Shown here: in pieces, positions 50,381 through 64,000 of the stretch
Layout: the number at the start of each line of letters is the position of its first letter
Position numbering within the stretch: position 1 is the first letter of the stretch
Source: Octopus sinensis
Taxonomy: Eukaryota
Assembly: GCF_006345805.1 (NCBI RefSeq)
Contig: NC_043008.1
Location: 27,280,001-27,344,000, forward strand
Direction of reading: 5' to 3'
Length of the DNA stretch: 64,000 nt
Translations under genes and position numbers: made by a program
The notes under the pieces: generated by a model
The model's input: only the letters and a program-made list of their open reading frames with translations
The model's database searches: none
Told to the model about the DNA's origin: nothing

Positions 50381-53300
50381 ATGAAAATATCAATATTTCT
50401 GTCGTCGACAACTAACCAACTACCTAAGTAAATGAAACATATTTTTGCTATTATCATTAATTATTCAAGGCTAGCAAAGGCTTATGGGTGAAATCCATTT
50501 CCTTATTTCTTCGTTGTTGTTGATGTAAGTCTCTTATCCCTCTCTCCACTTGCACATATTTTCATTTGTAGCCATCACCTTGCAAGTTGACAATTATGTG
50601 ACATGTTAACGGATATATTTGTGCTTATTGTGGTACATAAACCATTGAACCATCAGGTAACATTTAGTAATGAATCTAAGATTCTAAATATTGTGAAATA
50701 GCCCACAAACAAAATCATCAAACTTAGCTTGTAGTATAATGATGTAATTTTTAGTTCTGAATCCAAATTATTTATACAAACATTTTATAATACTTAAACA
50801 GAAGACCATGTTTGTAAGGTTTGCAAGGTTCTGCTCATACTGAATGAATGAAACAGTATAAAATGTTATGTATATAATAGCTTCTATGTAGAAACAGTCT
50901 GCATAAAATGAGAGCAAACTATTGCGCAAATATCGCGTTGCTGTATTAAGAAAGAAAAATACATACTAGATAATGTAGTGTTAGATACCTAGAAAAGGAC
51001 GTTAAGCGTGCTTCGAATACTTTTGATCATAGGGTTCCACGGCAGAATTTAAATATGTCTTTTAGAAAGATAGAGGCGAAGTAAGAACATGATAGGATTT
51101 GTAGACCGGAGAAAATGATATACTGCAAATTAGTTTGTTTGATAACCTGTTGTATCTGTCAACTAAGAAGTATTGAATATCTAATTAAATACAATTGGAA
51201 AATTGAGTAATATGAGAAGAGTAATCATAAACCCGATATAATTTGACCTCACTTAAGTGGTAGAAAATAGATATTTATCTCATTAAATCCATTATTTATC
51301 ATGACAGAATGAACTTACTTCTATCGTCACTAATTAGATTTCATACCAATGCCCCAAGTTCAATTAACCAATTTGCAAAAGCATCAATGTTTTATAAGAA
51401 TCCCAACAAATTAAAACAGTTACAGGTGATGGGAAGAGAGTCAAGATGTTACTAATGCTCATTGCTGGTTTAAGGATGACCAATTAAGATTTACTACAAT
51501 CAATAATATGATTAGGGACATGTTCTAGAGATCTTTTCTTAGTGTCTTGCATGAATTTCTTTGAACGGTACATATATCTAGCAACAAAGTTCTCTCTAAA
51601 GAGGTTTACGATGGCCAAAGTTGAAAGTTCATTGATAAGATAACAGTAAAGGAAAGAAATAGTCTTTAGATGAACAAGAAATATCATAAAAGTCTCTATC
51701 GAATCACACATTAATGTTTCCGAAAGGCTGGACAGATAATGCAGGCCAGAAACATTAATATATATGCCACTACCAGTTTCTCGGCGTAATGTGTACATGA
51801 TATTCACCAGTAATATCTTACATCAATTTCTGTGAAAACTTCGTTGCCTGCACTTTCTGGCAAACCATTTTTTCTTTGGGAGAAATCAGTAATGAGGATT
51901 TAAGTCGTTCTTTCACTGATATTCTTAAGGAAACTTTTCAACATTGATGGGTTTTTTTCTGTTATATATTTGTGCTTGATTGAAATTGCCCTTAATAAAT
52001 GCTTGAGTTACAATGTTTAATATTTTTCAGCCTTACTATTGTTGTGACCCGGGAATTTCTAAATGAACAATAGTACATAATGCCTTATTTGTGGGAACTT
52101 AAACTTACACACCAATACCTTTAATTTACTTTGTAGAGATCTTTAGAGATTTTCATCACTTATATCAGCACGATAATATACTTTTTAAGAACCGCTTATT
52201 GAAAACCACCATTTCGTTGATTCAAAAGTGCATAGAATCTTATAGAAAAACGAAACCAGAAATGCACGTTCTCTTGCTCAATCTAGACCTGAATGATGAA
52301 TTAATATGTCGATGTCACGTGAATTTTGATTCATCCACAATAATATTAACAGCCACACATTTATCGTATCGTTACACTCCTGAAACATGTTTAGATTTTT
52401 GCGTTTTGTTTTTGACTTTCGTATTAATTAGAAGTAAATCATTAATAGCTGTTGTTCTGTAATGTTTTTATCTGAAAATGTTAATAACAATTGCAAGAGT
52501 ACTGTTTCAAATGACAGATTAATATACCTTTCATTTTACATTATTAGGTGGAAGTACAGGAATTTCAAAAGACTGCCGGTTTTATACCCTTTTCCATGAA
52601 TATAATAGAAGACTTTCAGTTGTATATGCCTGGTACTCATTTAACAAGAACTAACTTCTAGAACTAACCAGATGAATTCAAATTAATTTCCAGATGAGTA
52701 TATATAAACAAACTTACACTTGTTTTTATTACAAACGTCAAATGTGTATTATACGATACAAACAAGAAGGCGATAAGTTTTCGAATACAGTATTGCCTTT
52801 AAAACATGACTGATTGTTGACAACATTTTCCGCCTTGTAAGGGTAATATTTCCCATTATTCCTGCTGCTTTAACGGCAGTAGTGCGTTCGAAAAATATCA
52901 CCTTCTTGTTTCTATCATATAATTTACATATATACTTTATATATATATATATATATATATATGTTTGTTGGAATTAAAAATTTCCCAAATATATCGATTG
53001 TTAGACATTTCTTACGTCAACCAATACTGAGGCGACGTATGAAATTCTATGAAAGAAGCAGCACTATCTTAAAACAACAAAGATTACAACATAGTCAAAG
53101 TCCAAATCCAGGTATCTTTATTTCACGCTCAATCGGGATAATGTATGCTCTTCTTAAAGAGAAGTGATTAAATTGCCTACTTCCTTATCTATGCTAGAGT
53201 TTATGGTCAGTTGACTAGAATTGATTAAACTTGTTATAAATAGGCTAACAAGGCAGCCTTTCAGTTTTACTAAGATGTCCGGAACCTAGTGCCACATGAA

Positions 53301-54099
53301 GATATTAACATCTAGATTCTTAAGATAATATATTATATATATAGTTTTCCTCTGAAAGTAATGTGTATGAACAATTTGCATACATAGTTAATACCTGGTT
53401 AAGTTCACAAGAATTATCGCATACGCGTACTCATATACTCACACTCATATATATATATATATATATGTAATATATGTGTATGTGATTTTGTAGCTGTGAT
53501 TGTCCCCATCACCGTTTGACAACCGGTGTTAGTGTGCTTATGTTCTACAGAATTAATACAATCTATAGGGATAGTACAAAGTTTAAAGAGAAAATAAATA
53601 CAGGCGTCGATTCGTTCCAGTAAAAGTTATTTAATCCTCGAGATGAACGCGGTGTAATGAATGAAACAAGTAAAGGAATAACAATTTATACATACATACT
53701 ATCTAAATACAAACATTGAAACATTAGGCATCTTAAGAAATAAAGAGAAAGCTGATGTGGAAATTCTAATGAAATAGCCTTGGATCTAGTTTAGACATCA
53801 GGTCTTTGCCCCTATCAGTAGAAATATTAAATGGAAATATTAATAACGTGGAAATAATAAGGGGACATATTAATAACTATAATAGCACTGGTAGTGGTGA
53901 TGAGATAAGGAAAAAAAATAATATGCTGCACCTGCTAATACCAAAGACTACAAATATTACAATAATACCACTATTATGATAGCACAGGAATCTGAGGCCA
54001 AACTAACACCCTTACTACTACCCCCACCCCTGCTAGTATTGCAGATGCTGCAACCACTGCTGCTACTAGACATAAAAACAATAATATCAGTGATATCAG

Positions 54100-54209
54100 T
54101 GATGATGATGGTGATGATGATGATGATGATACTACTACTACTACTACTACTACTACTAATAATAATAATAATAATAATACTACTACTACTACTACTATAC
54201 TACTACTAC

Positions 54210-54262
<53 letters not shown>
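54100..54262. repeat. (GAT)n/(TAC)n/(TAA)n microsatellite
   Basis: Directly visible. Confidence 0.95.
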
Positions 54263-54263
<1 letters not shown>

Positions 54264-54344
54264 ATGGAGACCGGTGGAGCCTCCCCATGGGCTGATTAAT
54301 GATACATCTAGTGATAGTGTCACAATAATAACACTGGTACTTGC

Positions 54345-54542
54345 GTATATGTATGTATGCATGTATGTGTGTGTGTGTATGTATCTACGTATGTGTGTGT
54401 GTATGTATGTGTGTATGTATCTATGTATGTGTGTATGTATGTATGTATGGCCGATTCAGTGTACACTGAATCGGCCATACATACATACACACACACATAC
54501 ATAGATACATACAAACACATACATGCATACATACATATACAC
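54345..54542. repeat. Spacerless palindrome
   Basis: Perfect 54436-54489 centred on GTGTACAC, extending imperfectly through (TATG)n/(CATA)n. Confidence 0.9.
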
Positions 54543-54545
54543 ATA

Positions 54546-56720
54546 CACCGAGTAAAAAATTTCAGTTATCTCTCTCTTTCACACATTTCTCTCTCTGTCT
54601 CTTCACACACACTAACAGAAGCATTTCACTTACACTTGCGTCGGAAATTAATTAGCACTTCTCAAATTTCTGCATTTTCTTACATTTTCTTAATTTAATT
54701 AACTTATTATCAGAAACGAACTCGTTTTTAATCAAAAATTTATTAAAACATATCCCAGCACACCACATAATTGTTATTAATCGTGAAATTTAGTCAATAT
54801 CTTGTTGCTCCTCCTTTGGCAGCAATGACAGCTGCTACGCGGGTCGGCATGCTGTCTATGAGTGCCTGCAGGTACTGTGCAGGGATGCCCCCCCCCCATG
54901 CAGCAAGAAGTGCCCCAAACAGCTCGTATCGGTTCTTGTATTGCTGCACATTCAAATCTCCAGAGGTTCTCAATAGGGTTCAGGTCAGGTGACTGGCCAG
55001 GCCAGTCCATGACCGTCACCCCATGGTCCTTGAAGAAACCGGTTGTGAGCTTGGCTGTGTGGGAAGGCGCGTTGTCCTGCTGGAGCACGTACTCCTCGCC
55101 ACCAAAGAGGTATCCCGTACTATCTCAACGTACTTTGCTGCGTTGATGTTGCCTTCGACGGCATAGAGCCGCCCAACACCACTGTAGCTGAACGCCCCTC
55201 ACACCATCAGACCACCCCCACCATGCTTCATGGTGGGAGCAATGAGGTCTTTGTTGAAGCGCTCACCCCTGCGGCGTCGCACATGGACAGGCTTGTCACT
55301 GACGAGACTGAATCGCGACTCGTCAGTGAACATCACTGTCCGCCACTGCTGCACGGTCCATGTCTTGTGGGCACGGGCCCAGAGCAGCTGCCTCTTCCGG
55401 TTTTGGGCGGCCCTACAGGATTTTAGACCAGCTTCCAGTAATCTGGTCTTGACGGTGGTTGTAGACAACTGCTTCCCTGTCATCTTTTGCATCTCCTCCG
55501 CCAGTTGCCGGGTCGTTGCCCTTCGGTTGTACAGTGACATTCGGATCATGATCCGGTCCTCCCGCTGGGTCGTCAGCCTCTTCCGTCCCCTACCCTTTTG
55601 TCAGCTGCTGATCTGGTTTCCTCGTATTTCTTAAATAAGCACTGAATTGTGCGCCTGGCTACACCAACTTTTCTGGCTATTGCAACCTCCGACAGCTTCC
55701 CACGCCACGAGAGAGCCTCGTACCGTCTCTCCAAGGTCATGCGAGGTCTTGGGCCCATCTAGGAATGAACGATAAAAACCAGTTATTTTCATTAAAACTA
55801 TTCATTTGAATAATGTTATGCTATAACAAAACTGCTATGAGTTATTATTCATTAAACAAAAAAAGAAAGAAAGCAGAATTTCTCACCTTATTTGATGTAT
55901 AACAGAAAGTTTTGTGAACCGGAAGTGACGTCACAAAACAGAGTGTAGGAGAATTTTTTTGGAAAAAAAATCTTGCAAATACACAAATCAATTAACCTAC
56001 GAGCTGTTCAAAACGTCTTACGCGATGAGAAAACTTAGCATGGTGTGATTTCGGTCCTTGCGAGGCGCTACCTATATCTATTAAACAAAGGAAGATTTGT
56101 CTTCATCCGCACTCCAAGTTGTTGTTGCACTGCTATGTCAACATCAATAGGCTGTAGACTCTCAAACCGCTCTGCAAACAAAGTTACGTCATCGTTCTAC
56201 GCAACAGTGAACTCGCAACAAAGCAATAGTTCGAGATATAGCCACTAGGTGACAGCAAATACCTTGAGTGAAGAGCAAATCAAGGGTGCTAATTAATTAC
56301 ACAACATAATGCTGTCTCCCACACCCCATCAAAGACACACACACACACATGTACATCAATGCTTCGGTAACTTCAAAAGAAATTCCCTCGTCATAAAATC
56401 TCTTTCTCTTAGTCTCTTTCGCTCTCATTACTTCAAATGTTCCCGCAAGCCCATATGTAAAAAAATAAAAGTTTTTTACGGAAATCATCGACGGAAACGT
56501 GCTACGACAAACGAAAGATCGCCAATTAAGTATACATGCAACTGTTTATGCATACACGTACACATTTTAATTATAAAGCATAAATAATGCTTACACGCGC
56601 TCACACGTACACACAGAAAGAAAACCACGTTGCGCGGACGAAACAAAACAAAAACAAAGCGATTTTTCACGAACAAACGCAAAAAAGAGCAAATTGGTTA
56701 CTGAATTTAGGACGTCACTG
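54546..56720 (-). mobile_element. Tc1 (DD34E) transposon, frameshifted transposase at 54777-55758
   Basis: HTH IARKVGVARRTI, VMFTDESRF, KHGGGGLMV, LQQDNAPSH, WPGQSPDLNPIENLW. TA precedes the left end. Weak end similarity CACCGAGTAAAAAATTTCAGTTATC vs CAGTGACGTCCTAAATTCAGTAACC, so the right boundary is tentative. Confidence 0.85.
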
Positions 56721-59700
56721 AATAGTTATGCCCGGAAACATGTCTACCAAAAGAAATAGAGGTGAATTTCGATCTGTCAGTCTCATGCGAGTTCGATATG
56801 ACCAATATATTAATTCGGAGAATTCAGAAGCGGTGTCTTGTCAAAAGGTTGACCCTGTACAAACAGTCCCTTCTTCTAACGTCACCGTCACAGAAGCGGC
56901 GTCTTGCCAAAAAGTTGACTCTGAAAAAATGGACCCCTCTGATGTCGCCGTCAATCATTTAATGAAAACAAGCCAAAAATCATGCCGGATCGGTCATCGC
57001 CCGGGACAACAAGGATCGCGTTACCCAGTAGGGAACCAGACTGGGGTCGAAAAGTTTGCTGCTGGAACAAACTCTCAAAAAGACGATCTACCAGGTGACC
57101 AGAACCAGAATACTTCTAACTCTGGACATGTAGTGACACCACCAAAAACGCCACCTAAAGCAAAACGTATAAAATGGACCAGAGAGGACTATAGAGATGT
57201 GTTGAAAGCTTTTTATACAGCCCAACTAAACCCAAACAATAACCTCAGTGTACAAACATACATCTCATGGAGAAATTCAGTAGGCAATGACGTACGTAGA
57301 TATATAGACGCAAATAAATTAAGTAATGTACGCAGAGATATAATAAAAAATAAAAGACTAACTGACGCTGAAATTGACCAAATTAGGACACTAATAGCTC
57401 ATGGTAGACCAAAAGAAAACAACAACAATGTAGACGAAATAGGTAACAGTAGCACAGAAGCCAGTGTACAAGCGGTAAATCAACTTCCCAATGGGGAAGT
57501 TAAACAAAGAATAGCGAAGAAGAGAGATTTGAAAAAAGAGGAGAACGTAGACCTTCCTCAAGAAAACCAAAATAGATATGACATAGAATTTGAGGTGAAT
57601 AATAGAGAAAAGATTATGGAAGCAAAAGTGGACATTATGAGAGAACTCGGCAAGATTGAGATCACTGACATGGTTAATAGAGAACCGCTACCAAAGTTTT
57701 CAAATGGCACAAGGAATAACAACACAATCATGACATATAACGTTGCCCTTGGACAGATCTTAAGAAATAAGGGGAATGATCTGACAACCTTAAATAATTT
57801 CATCTATTCCACTGCTAAAGTAGTAACTACCCAACTAGGTATTAAGATGACAAAGAAAAAGGGCAGGCATGTCAATGAACCTCCTAAGTGGAAAGTAGCG
57901 ATACAAAAAGAGATTGAATCTCTGCGGGCGGATGTTTCAGTTCTCGATGAGCTTGCTAGAGGAGTGAATATTAAGTCGAGAAAAGCTAGAAAAATCAAGC
58001 AAAAATATAAAATAAAAAATCTCATAAACCTCCTTGCAACTAAGGAACAGTTCAAACAACGGATACAGTTGAAAGTCCAACGGCTTAGAAGGTATGACAA
58101 AAGAAACAAATTTTATCGACAAAATAAATTTTTTAAGACAGATACAAAGACATTTTATAGGGAAATTGGCAAACATAAAATACACGTAGAAAATCCACCT
58201 AAGATTGAGGAAGTGGAGGAGTTGTGGAAGAAGGTATGGAGCAACGAAAAAGAGTTTAATGCTGAGACTGACTGGATAGAAAGTGAGAAAGAAAGACTGG
58301 ATGAACTTGAAGAACAGAAATGGGAAGCAATAGGAATAGAGGAGCTAAGGTGTGTCCTTAGGAAGGCTCATAAATGGAAAACCCTAAGACTGGATCGGAT
58401 CCCTAACTTCTGGCTGAATTGTTTGACAGAAGTACACGAAAATCTCGCTACATCTCTGTCTGATGTCATTCAGAACCCAGAGCAAATACTTGCTTGGCTG
58501 ACTGAAGGAACCACCTACCTATTACCTAAAACCGAAGACACAAAAATCCCAAATAATTACCGGCCAATAACATGTCTCAACACCACCTACAAAATCCTCA
58601 CATCCATAATAACGGAGAGAATGTACGCTTTCCTGAACAAAACTCTATCCTTCCGCAAGCTCAAAAAGGTTGTAAAAGAAACTCTTATGGGTGCAAAGAC
58701 CAATTGCTCATAAACAGAATGATTGTAGAAAATTGCCGGAGCAAAAACAAAAATCTGAGTATAGCATGAATAGACTACAGGAAAGCGTTTGACAGTGTCC
58801 CACATAAATGGATACTAAAGGCCCTTTGAGATATACAAGATCTCTCCTGTCGTCTCAAAATTCTTACAGAATAGCATGACCATGTGGAACACACGTCTCT
58901 TTCTAAGCCATAGTAATGGGATGAGCCAGTCCAACCGCATCAACATCAAACGAGGCATCTTTCAAGGTGACTCCCTCTCTCCATTACTTTTTTGCATGGC
59001 ACTGATCCCACTCTCAAACGAATTGGATAATACCAGATATGGGTACAAAGTTTTTAGTAAGTCAATAAACCACCTTTTCTATATGGACAACCTAAAGCTG
59101 TTTGCCAGGAATGACCAAGAGCTAGAAGAGCTGCTAACAACTGTTAAAGAGGTTAGCAATGATATTGGAATGGACTTTGGCCTTGATAAGTGTGCTAAAG
59201 CTACTTTTGTAAGAAGCAAGCTCAGGCAAACAGCTTCTGTTAAATTAGATATTGACACTACCATCAAGGAACTTGACCCACAAAAAAGTTACAAATACCT
59301 AGGAATCAACGAAGGAGATGGTATACATCATGCTACTATGAAGGAAAAAATAAGAAAGGAATACTATAGGAGTATAAAGCTTGTACTGAAGACTGAACTC
59401 AACTTCAAGAATTGCATTGAGGCCATTAACACCCTGGCACTTCCAGTAGTCCAGTACAGTTTTAACATCATTAACTGGAACCTTACGGTACTCCAACGCT
59501 TGGACAGGAAGACAAGAAAATTACTGACATCCAAGAACATGCACCACCCTAAGGCAGATGTAGACCGCTTGTACCTACCTAGAAGCAGCGGGGGAAGAGG
59601 AATGATGCAATTAGAGCTGTGCTATAAGACCTCCACTGTAGGAATGAACAAGTACCTATCTAGTACAAAGGACTGGATGCTGCGACTTGTGTGCGAACAC

Positions 59701-60789
59701 GAAAGCAGCAAAAAGCTGCATTCTATTGTCAAGGAAGATTATAAGTTCGAAAGGGAACTAGACATTAACCTTGAATCAGATGAAGAGCCGGAAACCACTG
59801 CTACCAAGCAAGCAAAGCAAATCAAGCAGACTTCAAAAAAGAACGGGAAGAATCAAATTGAGAGGCGGTGGAGCCAGAAGCCCCTGCATGGACAATATAT
59901 TCTCCGAAGCCAAAATGCTGATGTAGACCAAGCAACGACCCATCAGTGGCTGAAGAGTTCAGGATTGAAAGCAGAGACTGAAGGCTTCATATTGGCAGCA
60001 CAAGATCAAAGCTTGTTTACCAAAAATTACCAGGCTAACGTTCTCCGAAACGGTACTGACCCTAAATGCAGATTCTGCGACACATTTGACGAAAAAATAG
60101 ACCATCTCGTTTCGGGATGTCCTGTGCTGACACCTAACCAATGCAAAAATCGCCACGATAGGGTAGGACAGTATATACACTGGAAGATATGTAAACAATA
60201 CAAATTCGGCACTCTTTCTAACTGGTATGAACACCATCCTCAGCCAGTTGTTGAAGGTAAAAATGTCACCATCCTGTGGGATTTTCCAGTCAACACCGAC
60301 AGAATGAACAAGGCTAATCGACCAGACATAGTTGTTAAAGACAGGGAAGAAAATACCTGCAGACTAATAGAGGTGAGCGTCCCCACTGATAAAAATATAT
60401 CTGTAAAGGAATTTGACAAACTTAGTAAATGTAAGGACCTGGAAATCGAAATACAAAAGATGTGGAATCTTAAAGCAAAAACTGTTCCTGTTATTGTAGG
60501 TGCCCTAGGTATGATAAAAAAGGGATGTCAGAAACACCTAGACAATATCCCTGGAGAACCATGTCTCAAGGAAATCCAAAAGATTGTGCTAACAAGTACT
60601 GCCCACATCCTTAGAAAAACCACATCAATGTAAATGGTTGTGTTGTATTACATGGAGATATTCCTCTACTTCCCCTCCCCAAGCTTTCAGCTATATTTCA
60701 ATAACTCTTAACCTTCACTTGCCCTAGGGCGCTGGGTGTGCCCCGGCAAGTGATTGCATCAAACATGCAGATTAAAAGTAAATGACAAT

Positions 60790-60835
<46 letters not shown>

Positions 60836-60843
60836 GTAATAAT
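56721..60843 (+). mobile_element. R4/Dong-type non-LTR retrotransposon (RT + restriction-like endonuclease), inactivated
   Basis: KWTREDY N-terminus, NYRPITCL, IDYRKAFDSVPH, GIFQGDSLSPLLF, YMDN (mutated from YMDD), CRFC..HLVSGC, RHD, RPDIVV..LIEVSVP. (TAA)n tail. Frameshift and stops at 58640-58830. Confidence 0.92.
56728..60633 (+). pseudogene. Dong/R4 polyprotein, disrupted
   Basis: 661-aa, 65-aa and 585-aa segments of one original ORF. Confidence 0.88.
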
Positions 60844-62059
60844 GTAAATTCATGATTAAATTAAATTAAATAAATTAAATATCAACGTACTCTTCAGTGC
60901 AGGAAGTAGACTCTAGGTTACAAGGAACTTAAGAAGAAATATAACAGAAACATTGGATCTAGTAGATTCATATTTTTACCCGTATGAGAAAGACCTGTGA
61001 GTCATGTTGGGTATTTAAACATAACAAGTGGCTTCAACGGTTATTTGAGAAAAGATGTATCATAACTCTTCTTTCTATTGATGAGAATAGAAATTAGAAA
61101 TTTAAATCCCTATAAATAGCGTAGATTAAATAAATATTAGAAATATCCAACCAAAAGACATTCCTGGGTTTGAATTAAAATATGAACCGTTGAAATCGTT
61201 ACGTAGTATAATCTACTTTTAAAAATGATTTCTATACATATGAATAAAGTTTAGCATGAGGATGTGGTATATAAGAAGCTGATGCTAGATAGTTAACATA
61301 AACAAATGTTAGGAGAAATAGAGGGATAAGAAAGAGTTAAAGAGAGAATATGATGTATGTAAGGGACTCATATTTGCATAAAAAATCATATTAAGTAATA
61401 CATATTAATGATAAAGCATTAAAAAAGTAAAAACAGCCAAACAGTTGTTAATATTACAATTAAAGTAGTACGTACTTGATGGATCTATGAAGATGAAATG
61501 AATCAAATTGAAATTGGAAATAAAGATAGGTATACTAGAACAATAAATAAATGTAGGGGAGATACATGAGCGGAGAAAGTGAAGAATAAAAAATGAAGAA
61601 AACTTAGGATATTGATTTGTTAGGTTATACAGCAGATGTGTTATAGAAAAAAAAATTATTTGAGAGGTAACAATCTAGCTGAGTATTATGTGAGAAGGAT
61701 ATGTAATGGTAGTAAGGTCTTAATGGTATTCAAGTTGTAGAGATATAGTGCCAGTATGAATATAAGAAAAAGTACGAGTAGAAGGATACACATAAGTGTA
61801 CGAAAATTTGCACATAATATAGGGAGAATATAATCTAATAATAAGAAGTGTGTGTATAAATTTACTCATACGTGAGTAGAGACATATTTGCACATTAGTA
61901 TATATAGATACAGGAATTCTTCTAGATGTATGATTGAGGTATACATTAAAAAAAACAGTACAAATATACCTATACCAGTTCAGAGAGAGAAAGGCATACA
62001 TACATATAATACACACACATAATAAATTGTATATATATGTAGGCAAAACAGCTCTACAA

Positions 62060-62505
62060 CAATGTCCAGCAAACTAGACTCTCCTACCTTTCACAAGAAA
62101 TGACACAGGTGGTAATTTCCCATATATTTGCATTTTGGTTGGATGGCGCTTCCACGAGAGATTTTGAGCTCTCATAAGGAGGCGAGTGTAGGTTCCATCC
62201 AACCGCCTCTCAAGCTTCTTTGATAACGTCCAGGTTTCTGAGCCATATAGTAGAATTGGTTCGACTTTGGCTTTGAATATTTCAAGTTTGAAGTCTCTAC
62301 TTAGATTTGATGACCAGATCTTATGCATGTCATTACAGGCTGACCAGGCCATACCCTTTCTAGTTAGAAAGTCTTTTCCAGATGATGATATGTATGGCCC
62401 AAGATATTTATAATCAGAAACCATATTTAAAGGCGCACTGTTGAGAGTGTGGATGATGCAATCACTGTTGGACAGGCACTTGTTTATGTATTCAGTTTTG
62501 GCCTC
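62060..62505 (-). mobile_element. RTE-like LINE fragment
   Basis: VSDYKYLG, AWSACNDMHKIW, VEPILLYGSETWTL, LDGTYTRLL. Confidence 0.85.
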
Positions 62506-62703
<198 letters not shown>

Positions 62704-64000
62704 AATTATTGTATACAGTGCTCAGGTGCACCACAACTTGTCAAAAAGTGCGCATAAAGTATATGCAGTAATGTACAAATGTCTGGAAAGCGAACAGCGT
62801 ATGAATCAGATACATGCTTGCGTATGTATGGAGGGGAGAAAATCAGGTGTAGTGTTGGCGAATCTCAGGAAGCATGGAAGTTTGAAGGATGCAGTGCTCC
62901 GAAAACTAACAGTCTATGGGATCTAATAAATTTAGATTTTAAAAGTTTGGTAAAAAGGATTATAATCCAAGTAGTATTATTTTTTGTTGCTCTATTGAAG
63001 GGCTGTATTGTGTTTAAAGTGTCAGCTATTCTCATACAAGGTATCAGTTTATTTTTTGCTATAATGTCCCCATGATTATCGAGTTCTATGGTTATGTATG
63101 TTATTGAAAGAATTTGGCACATTTAGATTGTTCTTATTGTTTCTGTTTATTGGCTTAGAGTTCTTATTTTTATCTCTAATTATAAAGCGTTGGCGTTTTT
63201 TGTCAGTATTCATAGGTTTATTAATTTTAGTGTGGTTAAGAAGGTGGAAATTACTCAAATATATTTTATTCTTTTCGTTTGTAAAATTTTGGTTGTGGTT
63301 AGTTTATATTTGAATTCAAACCTAGGAGTGTCTTTTCCATTGGATATTTCTAATACTTATTTGACCTACGTTACATATTTGGAGTTAAATTTTCTAATTT
63401 CCATACTCATCCATAGAGGGAACATCTGTGATATCTCTTTACATATATCTTCAAATAATATGAATTTACTAGATCCAATTTTTCTGTTATATTCCTTCTC
63501 ATGTTTCTTGTATTATGGATTCTACTTCCTGCCCTGAAGAGAACGTTGATACTTAATTTAATTTAATTCAGTCATGAATTTACAATATTATTATTTATAT
63601 ATCTCTGTACGAAATGATCGTCAACAAGAATTAAACTTCTTATATATTTTAACAACTTGTCCCTCTATCTATAACTAAATTGATGAGATTTATGGGACCT
63701 TATTCCATAAATTCACGAAGCAATACATACACACACACACACACACACACACGTATACATATAGATATTAAGTATGTATAGTTAATTTAAAGAACGACGA
63801 AGAAAAAGCAATGGGAGGACGTAGTACATGTAATGTATTAATGAGACAGAAAGAACTAGTAGTTGTTTTACTTTTCAAGCATAGCCCTTCTTCGGGAACA
63901 GAAGACACTGGAAAGTTCAAAAGAAAACTGAGAAGTAGCAGAAGATCCCTAAAAGTCCATGCATAGTTACATTTTTGAAATGACCGGAAGTAGATGTACA

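Noticed and set aside
51484-52100. Minus-strand 107-aa ORF and flanking coding-like sequence
   Set aside because: Possibly an old transposase relic, but no motif I can identify.

Overview
AT-rich, microsatellite-dense animal genomic DNA, probably octopus/coleoid cephalopod (inferred from the SINE and LINE repertoire, not proven). I could not support any intact host gene. The window is a mosaic of transposons: Helitrons, RTE LINEs, an R4/Dong-type RLE retrotransposon, Tc1/mariner and Chapaev-like remnants, MITEs and tRNA-derived SINEs. The standout is a young 10-kb head-to-tail array (5015-15014, minus strand, about 2.26 units of about 4.42 kb) of a Penelope-like element (RT + GIY-YIG) inserted in (TA)n. 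Each unit carries (i) a minimal type I hammerhead ribozyme with a U3-A8 core variant and a palindromic stem III, (ii) a ~411-aa coiled-coil ORF1, and (iii) an RT-EN ORF in the -1 frame. The RT-EN ORF overlaps ORF1 across a U-UUU-UUA heptamer and has conserved RT N-terminal sequence upstream of its first ATG, suggesting a frameshift-made ~1175-aa polyprotein. Several unexplained inverted-repeat structures and two possible decayed protein-coding relics are also flagged.
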